A stretch of DNA of 64,000 nucleotides from Polyangiaceae bacterium (GTDB lineage: Bacteria; Myxococcota_A; Polyangia; Polyangiales; Polyangiaceae). The position numbers and the translations under genes were made by a program. The notes under the pieces are model-generated. The model was not told the origin of the DNA. It did no database searches and saw nothing but the letters and a program-made list of their open reading frames with translations. Shown piece after piece: positions 1 through 9,129 of this stretch. Where the stretch lies: assembly GCA_965222375.1 (NCBI GenBank), contig CBDCTZ010000011.1:480001-544000 (forward strand), written 5' to 3'. Every line of letters begins with the position of its first letter. Position 1 is the first letter of the stretch.

Positions 1-406
1 AGTTCTGAAACACGGCGCCGTTGCCCCCGTAGGTGATGAGCTCCATGGGGTACTGCGCCACGGCGGGATCCAAGTTGTTTTGGATCATCAGCATGATCGC
101 AGCGGCGTGCCTCGACTTTGCGGGGTACGCTTCGAGGGGTCGCGCGTGCATGGGGTAATGCGGACGAAAGCGCAGCATGTAGATGTGGCCATGTGCTGCC
201 AGCTCTGCCGCGAATTCAGGGGCAAGCGTTTGGTGCCAACGCTTCGGGAAGTAGCGAAGCGCGTTAGCCAGGGCCAGGCGTGCGTCGGCGTCGGAGAGCT
301 CCGGTGTGCGTCGAGGTGCGCGATCCACATTCGGCAAGTCCGGCGGGCGCTCGGGCAATTGGTCCGGCAAACCCGCGGCAACTTGGGACCCAAACTCGTC
401 GCTCAT
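1..406 (-). CDS. hutU: Urocanate hydratase, 5' part (runs off window start)
   Basis: Manual translation from ATG at 406: MSDEFG...ALANALRYFPK...GHIYMLRFRP...AAAIMLMIQNNLDPAVAQYPMELITYGGNGAVFQN, the typical N-terminus of long-type urocanase. Confidence 0.9.
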   Translation of the reverse strand, partial: MSDEFGSQVAAGLPDQLPERPPDLPNVDRAPRRTPELSDADARLALANALRYFPKRWHQTLAPEFAAELAAHGHIYMLRFRPHYPMHARPLEAYPAKSRHAAAIMLMIQNNLDPAVAQYPMELITYGGNGAVFQN

Positions 407-595
407 GGCCCCTTCCTACCGCTGGCGAGCGCGCCGTTCTAGCGGCCAAGATTCGGCGCGACGCAGAATGTGCGCGCACCTGTTCGGTACGCGACACCCC
501 AAAGACGGTGGGACTTCCACAAGGCTCAACGGATCCACCGCAATTTTTGCCGTTCCATCGACTGTCCCGAATCCCGGAGTTTCGAACAAGCTACT

Positions 596-611
596 CGGCA
601 CGCTGGGTGCA
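596..611 (+). promoter_or_regulatory. Putative sigma54 -24/-12 promoter of the sqr operon
   Basis: CGGCACGCTGGGTGCA: GG-N10-GC matching TGGCACG-N4-TTGC, 15 nt upstream of ATG 626. Confidence 0.5.
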
Positions 612-625
612 TTCGTCCGACGGCA

Positions 626-1879
626 ATGAAACAGCTGCTAATTCTGGGCGCGGGCACGGCGGGAACGATCGTCGCGAACCGCATGCGCCGATCCTTGGCC
701 AAGGATTGGCAAGTCACCGTCGTCGACCCGAGCGACACACACTTGTACCAGCCGGGCCTGTTGTTCTTGCCCTTTGGCGCCAAGGACGAAGCCGAGTTGG
801 TGCGCCTCCGCGGTGACACCCTCGGTGACGGCATCGAGTGGGTGCGCGAAGAGGTCTCCGGCGTCGACCCCGTGAAGAACCACGTCACTCTCGAGGGCGG
901 CAACATGCTCGAGTACGACATCCTGGTCATTGCCACGGGCAGTCAGATCCGCCCCGAGATGACCGAGGGCCTTGTCGACGCTCGTTGGCACAAAAGCATC
1001 AGCGACTTCTACACCTTGCCCGGTTCGCTCGCACTGCGCGAGATGCTTGCCAAGTTCGAGGGCGGCCGCTTGCTGGTGAACGTAGTCGAGATGCCGATCA
1101 AGTGTCCCGTTGCGCCCTTGGAGTTCTTGTTCCTCGCGGACGCCTACTTAACCGAGCGCGGCATCCGCGACAAAGTGGAGATTATATACGCGACGCCCCT
1201 CGACGGCGCGTTCACCCGACCGATTGCCTCCCAGCGCCTGGGTCACTTGCTCGATGAGAAGCGCATCATCGTCGAAAAGGAGTTCGCTGCAGGCAGCGTG
1301 GATGACGGCAAGAACACCTTGATCTCATTTGACGAGCGCAAGCTCGACTTTGACCTCTTGGTCACTGTTCCGACCCATACCGGTGCGGACTTCATCGAAA
1401 ACTCCGGCTTCGGTGACGAACTGGGCTTCATACCAACGGAGCAGCGCAGCCTGCTAGCCAAGGGCCACGAAAACATCTTCGTGATCGGAGATGCCACGGA
1501 TGTGCCCGCGTCCAAGGCGGGCTCTGTGGCCCACTTCGAGGCGGATGGGTTGGTGCTCAACCTCGAGCGCTTCATCGCCGGCAAGCCCCTCGAAGACGAA
1601 TTCGACGGACATGCCAATTGCTTCGTCGAGACCGGTCACGGCAAGGGCATGCTCATAGACTTCAACTACGACGTCGAGCCGCTGCCCGGGAAGTTCCCGG
1701 TGCCCGGCATCGGACCGTTTTCTTTGCTCCAAGAGAGCCGCATCAACCATCTCGGCAAGCTTGCGTTTCGCTGGGTGTACTTCAACGGGCTCTTGCCCGG
1801 GAAGCCCATGCCTATGGCCGCGCAGATGTCCATGCTCGGAAAGCAAGTGCAAGAAGCCCAACAGACCGCCAACGTTTGA
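626..1879 (+). CDS. sqr: Sulfide:quinone oxidoreductase (type III-like FAD oxidoreductase)
   Basis: GAGTAG FAD motif, YQPG, IKCPVAPLEF, FVIGD and GHANCFVETG; start placed at MKQLLILG. Confidence 0.85.
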   Translation: MKQLLILGAGTAGTIVANRMRRSLAKDWQVTVVDPSDTHLYQPGLLFLPFGAKDEAELVRLRGDTLGDGIEWVREEVSGVDPVKNHVTLEGGNMLEYDILVIATGSQIRPEMTEGLVDARWHKSISDFYTLPGSLALREMLAKFEGGRLLVNVVEMPIKCPVAPLEFLFLADAYLTERGIRDKVEIIYATPLDGAFTRPIASQRLGHLLDEKRIIVEKEFAAGSVDDGKNTLISFDERKLDFDLLVTVPTHTGADFIENSGFGDELGFIPTEQRSLLAKGHENIFVIGDATDVPASKAGSVAHFEADGLVLNLERFIAGKPLEDEFDGHANCFVETGHGKGMLIDFNYDVEPLPGKFPVPGIGPFSLLQESRINHLGKLAFRWVYFNGLLPGKPMPMAAQMSMLGKQVQEAQQTANV

Positions 1880-1894
1880 GAGGAGAAGAGACTC

Positions 1895-2209
1895 ATGCCC
1901 ACAGCAACCTATGGCGGCCGCGCCGTCGATGTAGACAACGACGGCTTTCTGGCCAACCCCGACGACTGGAGCCGCGAGCTAGGTGTAGCCATCGCCAGCG
2001 CAGACGGCATCACCTTGGGCGACGATCACTGGAAGGTCATCGACTTCGCCCGAGCCGACTACAAAGAAAAGGGCGTCTCCCCCGGCCCCCGCCGCATCAC
2101 GACCGGAAGCGGCGTCAACATGAAGATGCTCTACCAGCTCTTCCCCAAGGGCCCCGGCAAGCTGATCGCGAAGGTTGCCGGCATCCCCAAACCCAAGGCT
2201 TGTCTCTGA
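1895..2209 (+). CDS. tusE: TusE/DsrC-family sulfur relay protein
   Basis: DGFL..PDDW, HWKVIDF.R, LFPKGP..AKVAGIPKPKACL with penultimate Cys. Confidence 0.85.
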   Translation: MPTATYGGRAVDVDNDGFLANPDDWSRELGVAIASADGITLGDDHWKVIDFARADYKEKGVSPGPRRITTGSGVNMKMLYQLFPKGPGKLIAKVAGIPKPKACL

Positions 2210-2222
2210 GAAGGAGCGCGTC

Positions 2223-2693
2223 ATGACCACCAACGGAAATCGAAAAGTCTCCATCGTTTGCTCCAAGGGCAGCCTCGACATGGCCTACCCCGGCCTCATC
2301 ATCGCCAACGCCGCCCGCATGGCCGGCATCGACGCTATGCTGTTCTTCACCTTCTGGGGCCTCGACATCGTCAACAAGAAAAAGGTCGAGCACTTGCACC
2401 TGAACCTAGTCGGCAACCCCTCCGTGCCCATCCCCGCGATGATCGCCGGCCTACCCGGCATGGAAGCCCTAGCGACCCATCAGATGCAAAAGGACATGGA
2501 CAAGCTCGACATCCCCCACGTCAAGGAGATGATCGAAATGCTCGACGACGCTGGCGCCGACATGTACGGCTGCCAACTCGCTATGGACATGTTCAAGCTG
2601 AGCAAAGACGACCTGTTGCCCCAGGTGAAAGATGTGATTTCAGCCATGGACTTCATCGAGAAGTCCGAAGGCGCTCAGACGTTCTTCATTTAG
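2223..2693 (+). CDS. DsrE/DsrF/DrsH-like (DsrE2-type) sulfur carrier
   Basis: SKGSLDMAYP, FFTFWGL, YGCQLAMDMF motifs; RBS AAGGAG. Confidence 0.85.
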   Translation: MTTNGNRKVSIVCSKGSLDMAYPGLIIANAARMAGIDAMLFFTFWGLDIVNKKKVEHLHLNLVGNPSVPIPAMIAGLPGMEALATHQMQKDMDKLDIPHVKEMIEMLDDAGADMYGCQLAMDMFKLSKDDLLPQVKDVISAMDFIEKSEGAQTFFI

Positions 2694-2742
2694 GGAGTAG
2701 CGGCGGCGGGCTCCGCTTGCCGCGCGTGTTGGGTTCGGATCC

Positions 2743-2783
2743 ACCCCGCTCGAGAGCTTGTATACAAACTCTCGAGCAGGGGT
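2743..2783. terminator. Long near-perfect palindrome between convergent genes (terminator or operator)
   Basis: ACCCCGCTCGAGAGCTTGTATACAAACTCTCGAGCAGGGGT. Confidence 0.45.
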
Positions 2784-2850
2784 TTCGGAGTGCTCGTCAT
2801 TCGCGAAGTGAACTCCGCCCGCGCCGTCTCGTCAGCGCGCTACCTGAAGC

Positions 2851-3105
2851 TCATCCACAGAATCCGTAATCTGTGGGCCGCGTTGCCGTGATCTGGCAAG
2901 TCTTTCCGGGCGGACAGCTCGGGGTAGCGTACAGGCACACAACCTTGTCGTTGGTTGGATCGCAGGTAGCCTGACACTTAGCAACCGGGAATCCGCCAAC
3001 CGCCGGGGCGACAGCGCAGCAAATTTCGCCAGGACAGTCGGACGCACCGTCGCAATGCAGGGCGAAGCCACTGCACGATGTCGCAAGCGACACGCAGTTC
3101 GGGTG
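2851..3105 (-). pseudogene. 3' fragment of a Cys-rich lipoprotein gene
   Basis: CDGASDCPGEICCA...CPPGKTC...YGFCG*, similar to the C-terminus of 35573..36220; no start or signal peptide of its own. Confidence 0.55.
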
Positions 3106-3287
3106 GGCGGCATGCGGCGGAAGCCATCCACCTCGACCAAACAAGTTCTACAAGCCCCCGCGGGCTCGAGGCGCGGATCATGACACAGGGTGGGGATTGG
3201 CTTGCCCGCGCGCCGCGCGACGTCGAGCAACGTCTCGCCTTCCTCGAAGGGGATGCTGTGTCCGTCGAGTTCGAGGGTGTGGGTCAT
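3106..3287 (-). pseudogene. 5' fragment: 2Fe-2S domain of a formate dehydrogenase alpha/NuoG-like subunit
   Basis: MTHTLELDG...GETLLDVARRAG..IPTLCHDPRLEPAGACRTCLVEV; similarity stops abruptly after ~60 aa. Confidence 0.75.
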
Positions 3288-3489
3288 GCAACCTCCCGAT
3301 TCACGCGCTCTCTAAGGTAGCGGTAGGGGGGGCGCCGAGTCCACTCCGCGCGCAGCCAGCATGGGCGCTCGGTTGGCCGACAGCGCTGAAAGCTCTGCGC
3401 CGGCCTAGGAGGGCTCCGCCAAATCAAGGTTCGTCACGGGCCCGGGTGTCGGAGGCGCGGCCGTCGCGCTTCGTAAGCTCGCAGGTGCA

Positions 3490-4032
3490 TCACTTGTCGC
3501 GCAGCTTGAACTTGACCTTGAGCTTCACTTTCTTGTCCACGCACACGCCGAGGTAGCAGGGCTGCTCGATTCCGAAATCGGTGATGTCAATCGTGGACAG
3601 CGCCTGCACGTGATAGTCGCTTCCCGTCCGGTTGGCTTTGTACGTGAACTTGACAGGCTTAGTCACGCCATGCAGCGTGAATTTGCCCGTCGCTCTTGCC
3701 TTGGTTGCCTTCTGGTCCGCTGGTAGCTTCAGCTTGTCGCGCGCGATCTCCAGGGAGGCATTCGGGTGCTTGTCGGTCTCCAGGTACTTACGCAGATGCT
3801 TGTCTCTGAGGCCAATGCCCGTCTTGAGATTGGTGACAGGTGCGGTGATGATGAGCCTGCCATCCTTCTCTTTTGCGCTCAGTGTCGAGCCGCTGCCTTT
3901 GATGCGCATGCCGGCGGTTCCAGTTGCCTGGAAACGAATGTTTACGTCGCCGGCATTCTCGAACTTTGCAGAGGCTAACAGGGCGATGGAGAGAGTTGCT
4001 GTGGTCGTTGCGATTAGAATCTTGTTTTTCAT
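3490..4032 (-). CDS. YceI-family lipid/polyisoprenoid-binding protein
   Basis: Signal peptide, LKTGIGLRDKHLR, GKFTLHGVTKPV, DFGI. Confidence 0.85.
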   Translation of the reverse strand: MKNKILIATTTATLSIALLASAKFENAGDVNIRFQATGTAGMRIKGSGSTLSAKEKDGRLIITAPVTNLKTGIGLRDKHLRKYLETDKHPNASLEIARDKLKLPADQKATKARATGKFTLHGVTKPVKFTYKANRTGSDYHVQALSTIDITDFGIEQPCYLGVCVDKKVKLKVKFKLRDK

Positions 4033-4111
4033 GACTGGCTCCCGAGTCCGGGCTCTTCGGCGCGGCGCTTGATCGTGTCGAAAGTCGTACGGTGGCTTGC
4101 CGGAAACGGTT

Positions 4112-5962
4112 TCATTCCTCCAAGTTCTTCGTGCCGGCGGCTCCGGGAGGCGTGCAGCGCATGGAAAAAAGCGTGGCGCTCCGCTCCGCCGCGACCGGGG
4201 ACCAGGCCCGAACCAGATCGGCCAAATCCGGTTGCTTTTCGAGGTCTTGGGGCACGAGCAACAGCCAGCGAGCGTCATAGCGGTGCGCGGCAGCACATAC
4301 GTCCGCGGTGTGGAACGGCGTGACAATCACGGGTCGGCGAGCGAAGAGCGACAGCCCCCTGCGTCGACTCATGACCACCTCGTCTTCTGGCACATGTCGG
4401 GCAACGAACTCGCCCCAAATGGCGTCCGTCTCGGTGCGGGGTGAGAGCGAGTCATGGATGGCCCTGACTCCCAGCGGCGCGCGCACGGCCAGCGTCAACA
4501 GTAGTGCGCCCGCGCTTGCGCTCACGAGGCGCCCGGTCAACGCAGTTTGCCTGGAGCCCAACCCCAGGAGGATAGCCGCGAAGGTGGCAAGACACACCAC
4601 GTCCAGCGTGGCGTACCATTCCGTGAACAGACCCAGCAGCCCAGCGACTACGAGCAGCAGGTATCCGGCTGTTGCGAGCGCTGTGGCTCGTCGCTGGAGC
4701 TGCGCGGTCCAATCCGAGGTCGCATGCCAGACCATCTTTGCCAACGCCAATCCCAGCAGAGGACGTAGGGGATAGAGGTAGCGGTCCTCGTAGTGCGAGT
4801 ACGCGGCGATTAGCAAACCACCGAGCATGGCGCCCGCGCACATGCGCAAGATGCCTCGAACCCGGGGGGCGCAGGCGGCAACGGCAAGCATGGCCAGCCA
4901 ACCGGGGCGTAGGACTTCGCCTCGTACGAACGCTCGAAAGGCCGCGTATGCCGTGCGACGCAGGGGTTCTATGAGCAACGCGCGCCAGGCGCCCTGTTGC
5001 TCCACCAAAGCACTGAAGCTCGAAGGGACTTCAGGATGCCTGGGAAAATAGGTGCGCGACTGCTCCCACGGCGTCCAAAAGTCCACGTCGGGTGGGATTG
5101 TGCGCACGAAGTTTCGAACCGGAGCGCCGTGTGGCAGCCCCGGGTATCCATGTGCGCCAAAGTGCCAGAGCAAGACCGGGAGCTGGAGCAGCGCAATCGC
5201 GCTCACCACCCAGCTGACGCGCAGTACCTGTTCCCGACGCGACGCGAACACGAGCGCGCCCGCGAGCAAACCCATGGTCATGAATGCCGTTGATGCCTTG
5301 TAGGCGGCGGCAAGAGCAAGCAACAGTGCGGCTCGGAGCCAAGCCCGACTCGCTGACCGGCGTTCCGTTTGCTCCGTTGCGTAGAGAGCCTCGAGCGCTC
5401 CGAACGCGAAAACGACCATGGCTCCCGAGTCATTGAGCGGCCGATGGAAGAGCGTGCGCCCCTCCAGGGCGAGCAAGGAGACTGCCAGCGCGATTCCTGG
5501 CAGTGCGCCATAGCGACGCTTCACCAACAACGGCAGCAAACCTAGATAGAGGAATGACAGACAAGCCTGCAGCACGTGGGCGGACGCGAATACGTCGTTG
5601 GTGATCACACCACCGAGTGCCACGAGGGCCGGGTGCAGAAGAGGGAAGGCACTTTCCGCGTGATGCACGTTCGGAAACGCCGGGGCGTAGTAGTAGAGAT
5701 GCTCTACGGTGAAGCCCTTGCCCGCCAGCAAGTTTTGCCCAACGAGCAACGCGTTCGCGCTGTCCGCGCCACCCGACCAGCGATTCCCGATTCCACCCCA
5801 TGCCAGAAGGACCGAGAGCAGCGCCGCGACCGAAGTGAGCGCGAGCCCACCGGCCCGGTTCACCGTACTCGTCGGACGAGGGCACATCTGGCGCCATAGT
5901 AGCCTCCGCTCCAAGACTCCCGCTCCCGGATTCCCGGATAATGTGCCCGTTTGCTGTCGCAA
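4112..5962 (-). CDS. Polytopic membrane protein, probable GT-C (ArnT/PMT-like) glycosyltransferase; start uncertain
   Basis: Many TM segments, acidic residue after TM1 (GADS..GQNL..GKG), FPLLHP, late DRYLYPL motif, soluble C-terminal domain. Confidence 0.55.
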   Translation of the reverse strand: MRQQTGTLSGNPGAGVLERRLLWRQMCPRPTSTVNRAGGLALTSVAALLSVLLAWGGIGNRWSGGADSANALLVGQNLLAGKGFTVEHLYYYAPAFPNVHHAESAFPLLHPALVALGGVITNDVFASAHVLQACLSFLYLGLLPLLVKRRYGALPGIALAVSLLALEGRTLFHRPLNDSGAMVVFAFGALEALYATEQTERRSASRAWLRAALLLALAAAYKASTAFMTMGLLAGALVFASRREQVLRVSWVVSAIALLQLPVLLWHFGAHGYPGLPHGAPVRNFVRTIPPDVDFWTPWEQSRTYFPRHPEVPSSFSALVEQQGAWRALLIEPLRRTAYAAFRAFVRGEVLRPGWLAMLAVAACAPRVRGILRMCAGAMLGGLLIAAYSHYEDRYLYPLRPLLGLALAKMVWHATSDWTAQLQRRATALATAGYLLLVVAGLLGLFTEWYATLDVVCLATFAAILLGLGSRQTALTGRLVSASAGALLLTLAVRAPLGVRAIHDSLSPRTETDAIWGEFVARHVPEDEVVMSRRRGLSLFARRPVIVTPFHTADVCAAAHRYDARWLLLVPQDLEKQPDLADLVRAWSPVAAERSATLFSMRCTPPGAAGTKNLEE

Positions 5963-6023
5963 CGCATGTCGTGTAACTGCAGGCTTCCGAGCCCCGTAAG
6001 GGCTGGTTCGACCGGAGGAGTGT

Positions 6024-7169
6024 ATGGAATCGACGACGTGGATTGCAAAAGCCCGAGGGATTGCTGACGAAGTGGTAGCGCCTCAGGCATCCACCCACGA
6101 CAAACTTGGGGAATTCCCCACTGCTGCGGTGAAAGCTTTGGGGGAGGTTGGGTTGATGGCACTGGGCGTGCCAGAGACACACGGTGGGTTGGGTGTAAAT
6201 CCAACGGCTTTCCTGGGAATCGCAAGCGCTTTGGCACAGGCCGACGCTTCAGTGGGCATGGTCTACACCATGCACGTGTGTGGCACCCTGTGCCTTGGCG
6301 CAGCTGCAGACGGCGCTCAGGTCGGGGACGTCCTGAGCGATATCGCGAAGGGCAAACACCTGACGACCCTTGCGTTCAGCGAGAAGGGATCCCGGAGCCA
6401 CTTCTGGGCGCCGGTCTCTCGCGCTCAGGAAGGCGCATCCGGGGTGCGCCTCAGCGCGAACAAGTCCTGGGTCACCAGCGCGGAAGCCGCGGATAGCTAC
6501 GTCGTTTCCGTACTGTCGCCCAAAGGCAAGGGCCCGCTCGAGAGCACGCTGTACTACGTGGATCGGAATGCCTCCGGCGTCCGCGTCGGTCCGGCCTTCG
6601 ACGGCCTCGGCTTGCGCGCAAACGACTCTCGCGCCGTGCAGCTGGAAGGCGTGGAAGTGCCTCCCCAGCACCGTTTGACCGAGGATGGCGCGGGCATGAA
6701 GGCCATGCTCGAGGTCGTGTTGCCGTTCTTCAATCTCGGATCGGCCGCGGTCGCCCTGGGATTGTGTCGTGCGGCGGTCGGTTCCACGGTCAGCCACCTG
6801 CGCACAGCGCAATTCGAGCACATGGGCGCAACCCTGGGAGAGGCGCTACCCAACCTGCGGGCGCGTTTGGCACAAATGCAGATTGCCGCAGACGGCCTTT
6901 CGGCTCGCTTGGACGACGTGGTCAAGCACCTGGAGCAGCCCAGTGACGCGACGGTGCTTCGAGTGCTCGAGGCCAAGGCAGCCGCCGGGGAAATCGCCAT
7001 CGACGTCACGGGTCTGGCCATGCGTACCTGTGGCGGCGCAGCGTTTTCCAAGCACTTGGGCATCGAACGCCTCTTCCGCGACGCACAAGCCGGAGCCGTG
7101 ATGGCTCCAACGGTTGACGTCCTTCACGAGTTCATTGGCAAAGCACTGCTCGGCATCGAATTGTTCTGA
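6024..7169 (+). CDS. Acyl-CoA dehydrogenase-fold protein (Rv1679/FadE16-like)
   Basis: HGGLG, LAFSEKGSRSHFW, KSWVTSA, GLGLRANDS, GGAAF...ERLFRDA; RBS GGAGGA. Confidence 0.85.
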   Translation: MESTTWIAKARGIADEVVAPQASTHDKLGEFPTAAVKALGEVGLMALGVPETHGGLGVNPTAFLGIASALAQADASVGMVYTMHVCGTLCLGAAADGAQVGDVLSDIAKGKHLTTLAFSEKGSRSHFWAPVSRAQEGASGVRLSANKSWVTSAEAADSYVVSVLSPKGKGPLESTLYYVDRNASGVRVGPAFDGLGLRANDSRAVQLEGVEVPPQHRLTEDGAGMKAMLEVVLPFFNLGSAAVALGLCRAAVGSTVSHLRTAQFEHMGATLGEALPNLRARLAQMQIAADGLSARLDDVVKHLEQPSDATVLRVLEAKAAAGEIAIDVTGLAMRTCGGAAFSKHLGIERLFRDAQAGAVMAPTVDVLHEFIGKALLGIELF

Positions 7170-7180
7170 GAGGAATTCAC

Positions 7181-7993
7181 ATGAAATCATTTACGATTGG
7201 CGCGGTCGCGTACGATCCGAAAGTCGTCACCATTTGGGAGGGCATCCGCGAGTACCTACGGGACGAGGCCGCGCTGCCCGCGGAGGTTGTGCTGTTTTTG
7301 TCCTACGGCGCCCAGGTCGAGGCGCTCTTGGCGGGGAGAATCGATATTGGGTGGAACACCAACCTCGCGTTGGTACAGGCTGAGCACAAGAGCGGTGGGC
7401 GCTGCACTTCCATCGCCATGCGTGACACGGACGTCGCGTGGCACTCCCTGCTGATCACGCCCACTGGCGGTTCGGTCCGCGGCCTGGACGACCTACGCGG
7501 CAAGCGCCTGGCGCTCGGCAGCCGGGACAGCGGGCACGCCGCGATACTGCCCGTGCACTTTCTGGCGCAGGCTGGACTGCAAGAGGGCAAAGACTACGAG
7601 AGCGTGCGCTTCGACACGGACATCGGCAAACACGGCGACACGGGCACGAGCGAGGTAGACGTGCTGCGTGCAGTGTTGAACGGAGAGGCGGACGCGGGCG
7701 CCGTCGGTTCGCCTTTTTGGAAAGGCTTGAACGACGAGTCCATCGCGCCCAAGGGTGCGCTGACCGTGATCTGGGAATCTGCCCCCTTCCACCACTGCAT
7801 GTTCAACGGCTCTCCAGAGCTCGACTCGGCCGTGTCCAAGGCCTTCGCAGACGCTTTGTTCGCGATGAGTTTCGACAATCCCAAGCACCGTCCAATCCTG
7901 GAAATGGAAGGTCTGAAGAAGTGGGTGCAGCCCAGCAGCGAAGGCTATGACTCCCTGCGGGCAGCTTGTCGTGAACAAGGGCTGATCAGCTGA
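7181..7993 (+). CDS. PhnD-like substrate-binding-fold protein (Rv1680-like), no signal peptide
   Basis: GAVAYDPKVVTIWEGIR, WNTNLA, LALGSRDSGHAAILP, DIGKHGDTGTSE, LEMEGL..W, as recalled for Rv1680. Confidence 0.8.
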   Translation: MKSFTIGAVAYDPKVVTIWEGIREYLRDEAALPAEVVLFLSYGAQVEALLAGRIDIGWNTNLALVQAEHKSGGRCTSIAMRDTDVAWHSLLITPTGGSVRGLDDLRGKRLALGSRDSGHAAILPVHFLAQAGLQEGKDYESVRFDTDIGKHGDTGTSEVDVLRAVLNGEADAGAVGSPFWKGLNDESIAPKGALTVIWESAPFHHCMFNGSPELDSAVSKAFADALFAMSFDNPKHRPILEMEGLKKWVQPSSEGYDSLRAACREQGLIS

Positions 7994-8012
7994 ATCTTCC
8001 GGGAGTGCATTC

Positions 8013-9128
8013 GTGAAGGCTCTGGTCACCGGAGGCGCCGGCTTCATCGGCTCGCACCTCGTCGACGCCCTCCTGCTCCAGGGTCATTCCGTCCGCATCT
8101 TGGACAACCTCGAGCCACAGGCTCACCCGCAGGGCGCACCCCTCTACGTTTGCCCGGAGGCAGAGCTGCTGGAAGGAGATCTGCGGGACGCGGATGTCGT
8201 CGCGCGCGCCTTGGAAGACGTGAGCGTCGTGTATCACCTGGGCGGCATGGTGGGGAACGGCCAGTCGATGCACGACCTGCGCCTGTACGTGGACGTCAAC
8301 AGCGTCGGGACCTCTGTGCTTCTCGAGGCGCTGGTGGCACGCCGCGAACACCTCCAAAAGCTCGTCGTCGCTTCGTCCATGGTCGTGTATGGCGACGGCG
8401 CCTACGCGTGCTCGCGTCATGGCCGCGACACGCGGGCAATTCGCAGTGAAGAGCGGCTGAAGCGATCCCAGTGGGAACCGATCTGTGAGCAGTGCGGTTT
8501 GGAGGTGGACCCTGTCGCTATCGACGAGAAGCGCCCCTTGGCCCCCAGCAGCGTGTACGGCATCACCAAGCGGGATCAGGAGGAGCTCTGCCTCGTCACC
8601 GGGAGGACGTTTCAGATCCCCACGGTCGCGCTTCGGTACTTGTGCGTCTACGGTTCCCGCCAGGCCCTGGGCAATCCCTACACGGGAGTCGCGGCCATTT
8701 GGGCAAGCCGACTCTTGAACGGACGCGCGCCCGTCGTATTTGAAGACGGCCTGCAGCTTCGGGACTTCGTGCACGTCAGTGACGTTGTTGCCGCAACCAT
8801 CGCCGCTGCGGAGGCCGGCCCGGCAGCCAACTACCGTGCCTACAACGTAGGGTCCGGTCAGCGCAGCACGATCGCGGAAGTCGCGCGCACCTTGACGCAG
8901 GCCATCGACCCCACCCTCAGCCCGCGGCTCTCGGGCGAGCACCGGGTCGGCGACATTCGGCACTGTTTCGCCGGCATCGAGGCGGCGCGCTCGGATCTCG
9001 GATTCGAGCCCAAGATGCAGCTGGAACAAGGCCTGTCCGAATTCCTGGAGTGGGCCACAGGACAGCGCCCCATGGATCGTTCGGAAATCGCCCTGAGTGA
9101 GTTGAGAGAGCGTGGAGTGATTCGCTGA
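8013..9128 (+). CDS. NAD-dependent epimerase/dehydratase
   Basis: GGAGFIG, ASSMVVYG, YGITK, RDFVHVSD, GDIRHCFA; Cys-containing insert. Confidence 0.9.
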   Translation: MKALVTGGAGFIGSHLVDALLLQGHSVRILDNLEPQAHPQGAPLYVCPEAELLEGDLRDADVVARALEDVSVVYHLGGMVGNGQSMHDLRLYVDVNSVGTSVLLEALVARREHLQKLVVASSMVVYGDGAYACSRHGRDTRAIRSEERLKRSQWEPICEQCGLEVDPVAIDEKRPLAPSSVYGITKRDQEELCLVTGRTFQIPTVALRYLCVYGSRQALGNPYTGVAAIWASRLLNGRAPVVFEDGLQLRDFVHVSDVVAATIAAAEAGPAANYRAYNVGSGQRSTIAEVARTLTQAIDPTLSPRLSGEHRVGDIRHCFAGIEAARSDLGFEPKMQLEQGLSEFLEWATGQRPMDRSEIALSELRERGVIR

Positions 9129-9129
9129 T

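Noticed and set aside
1895..2209. DsrC as evidence of dissimilatory sulfur metabolism
   Set aside because: Lacks the second Cys of the Cx10C motif, and no dsrAB in the window
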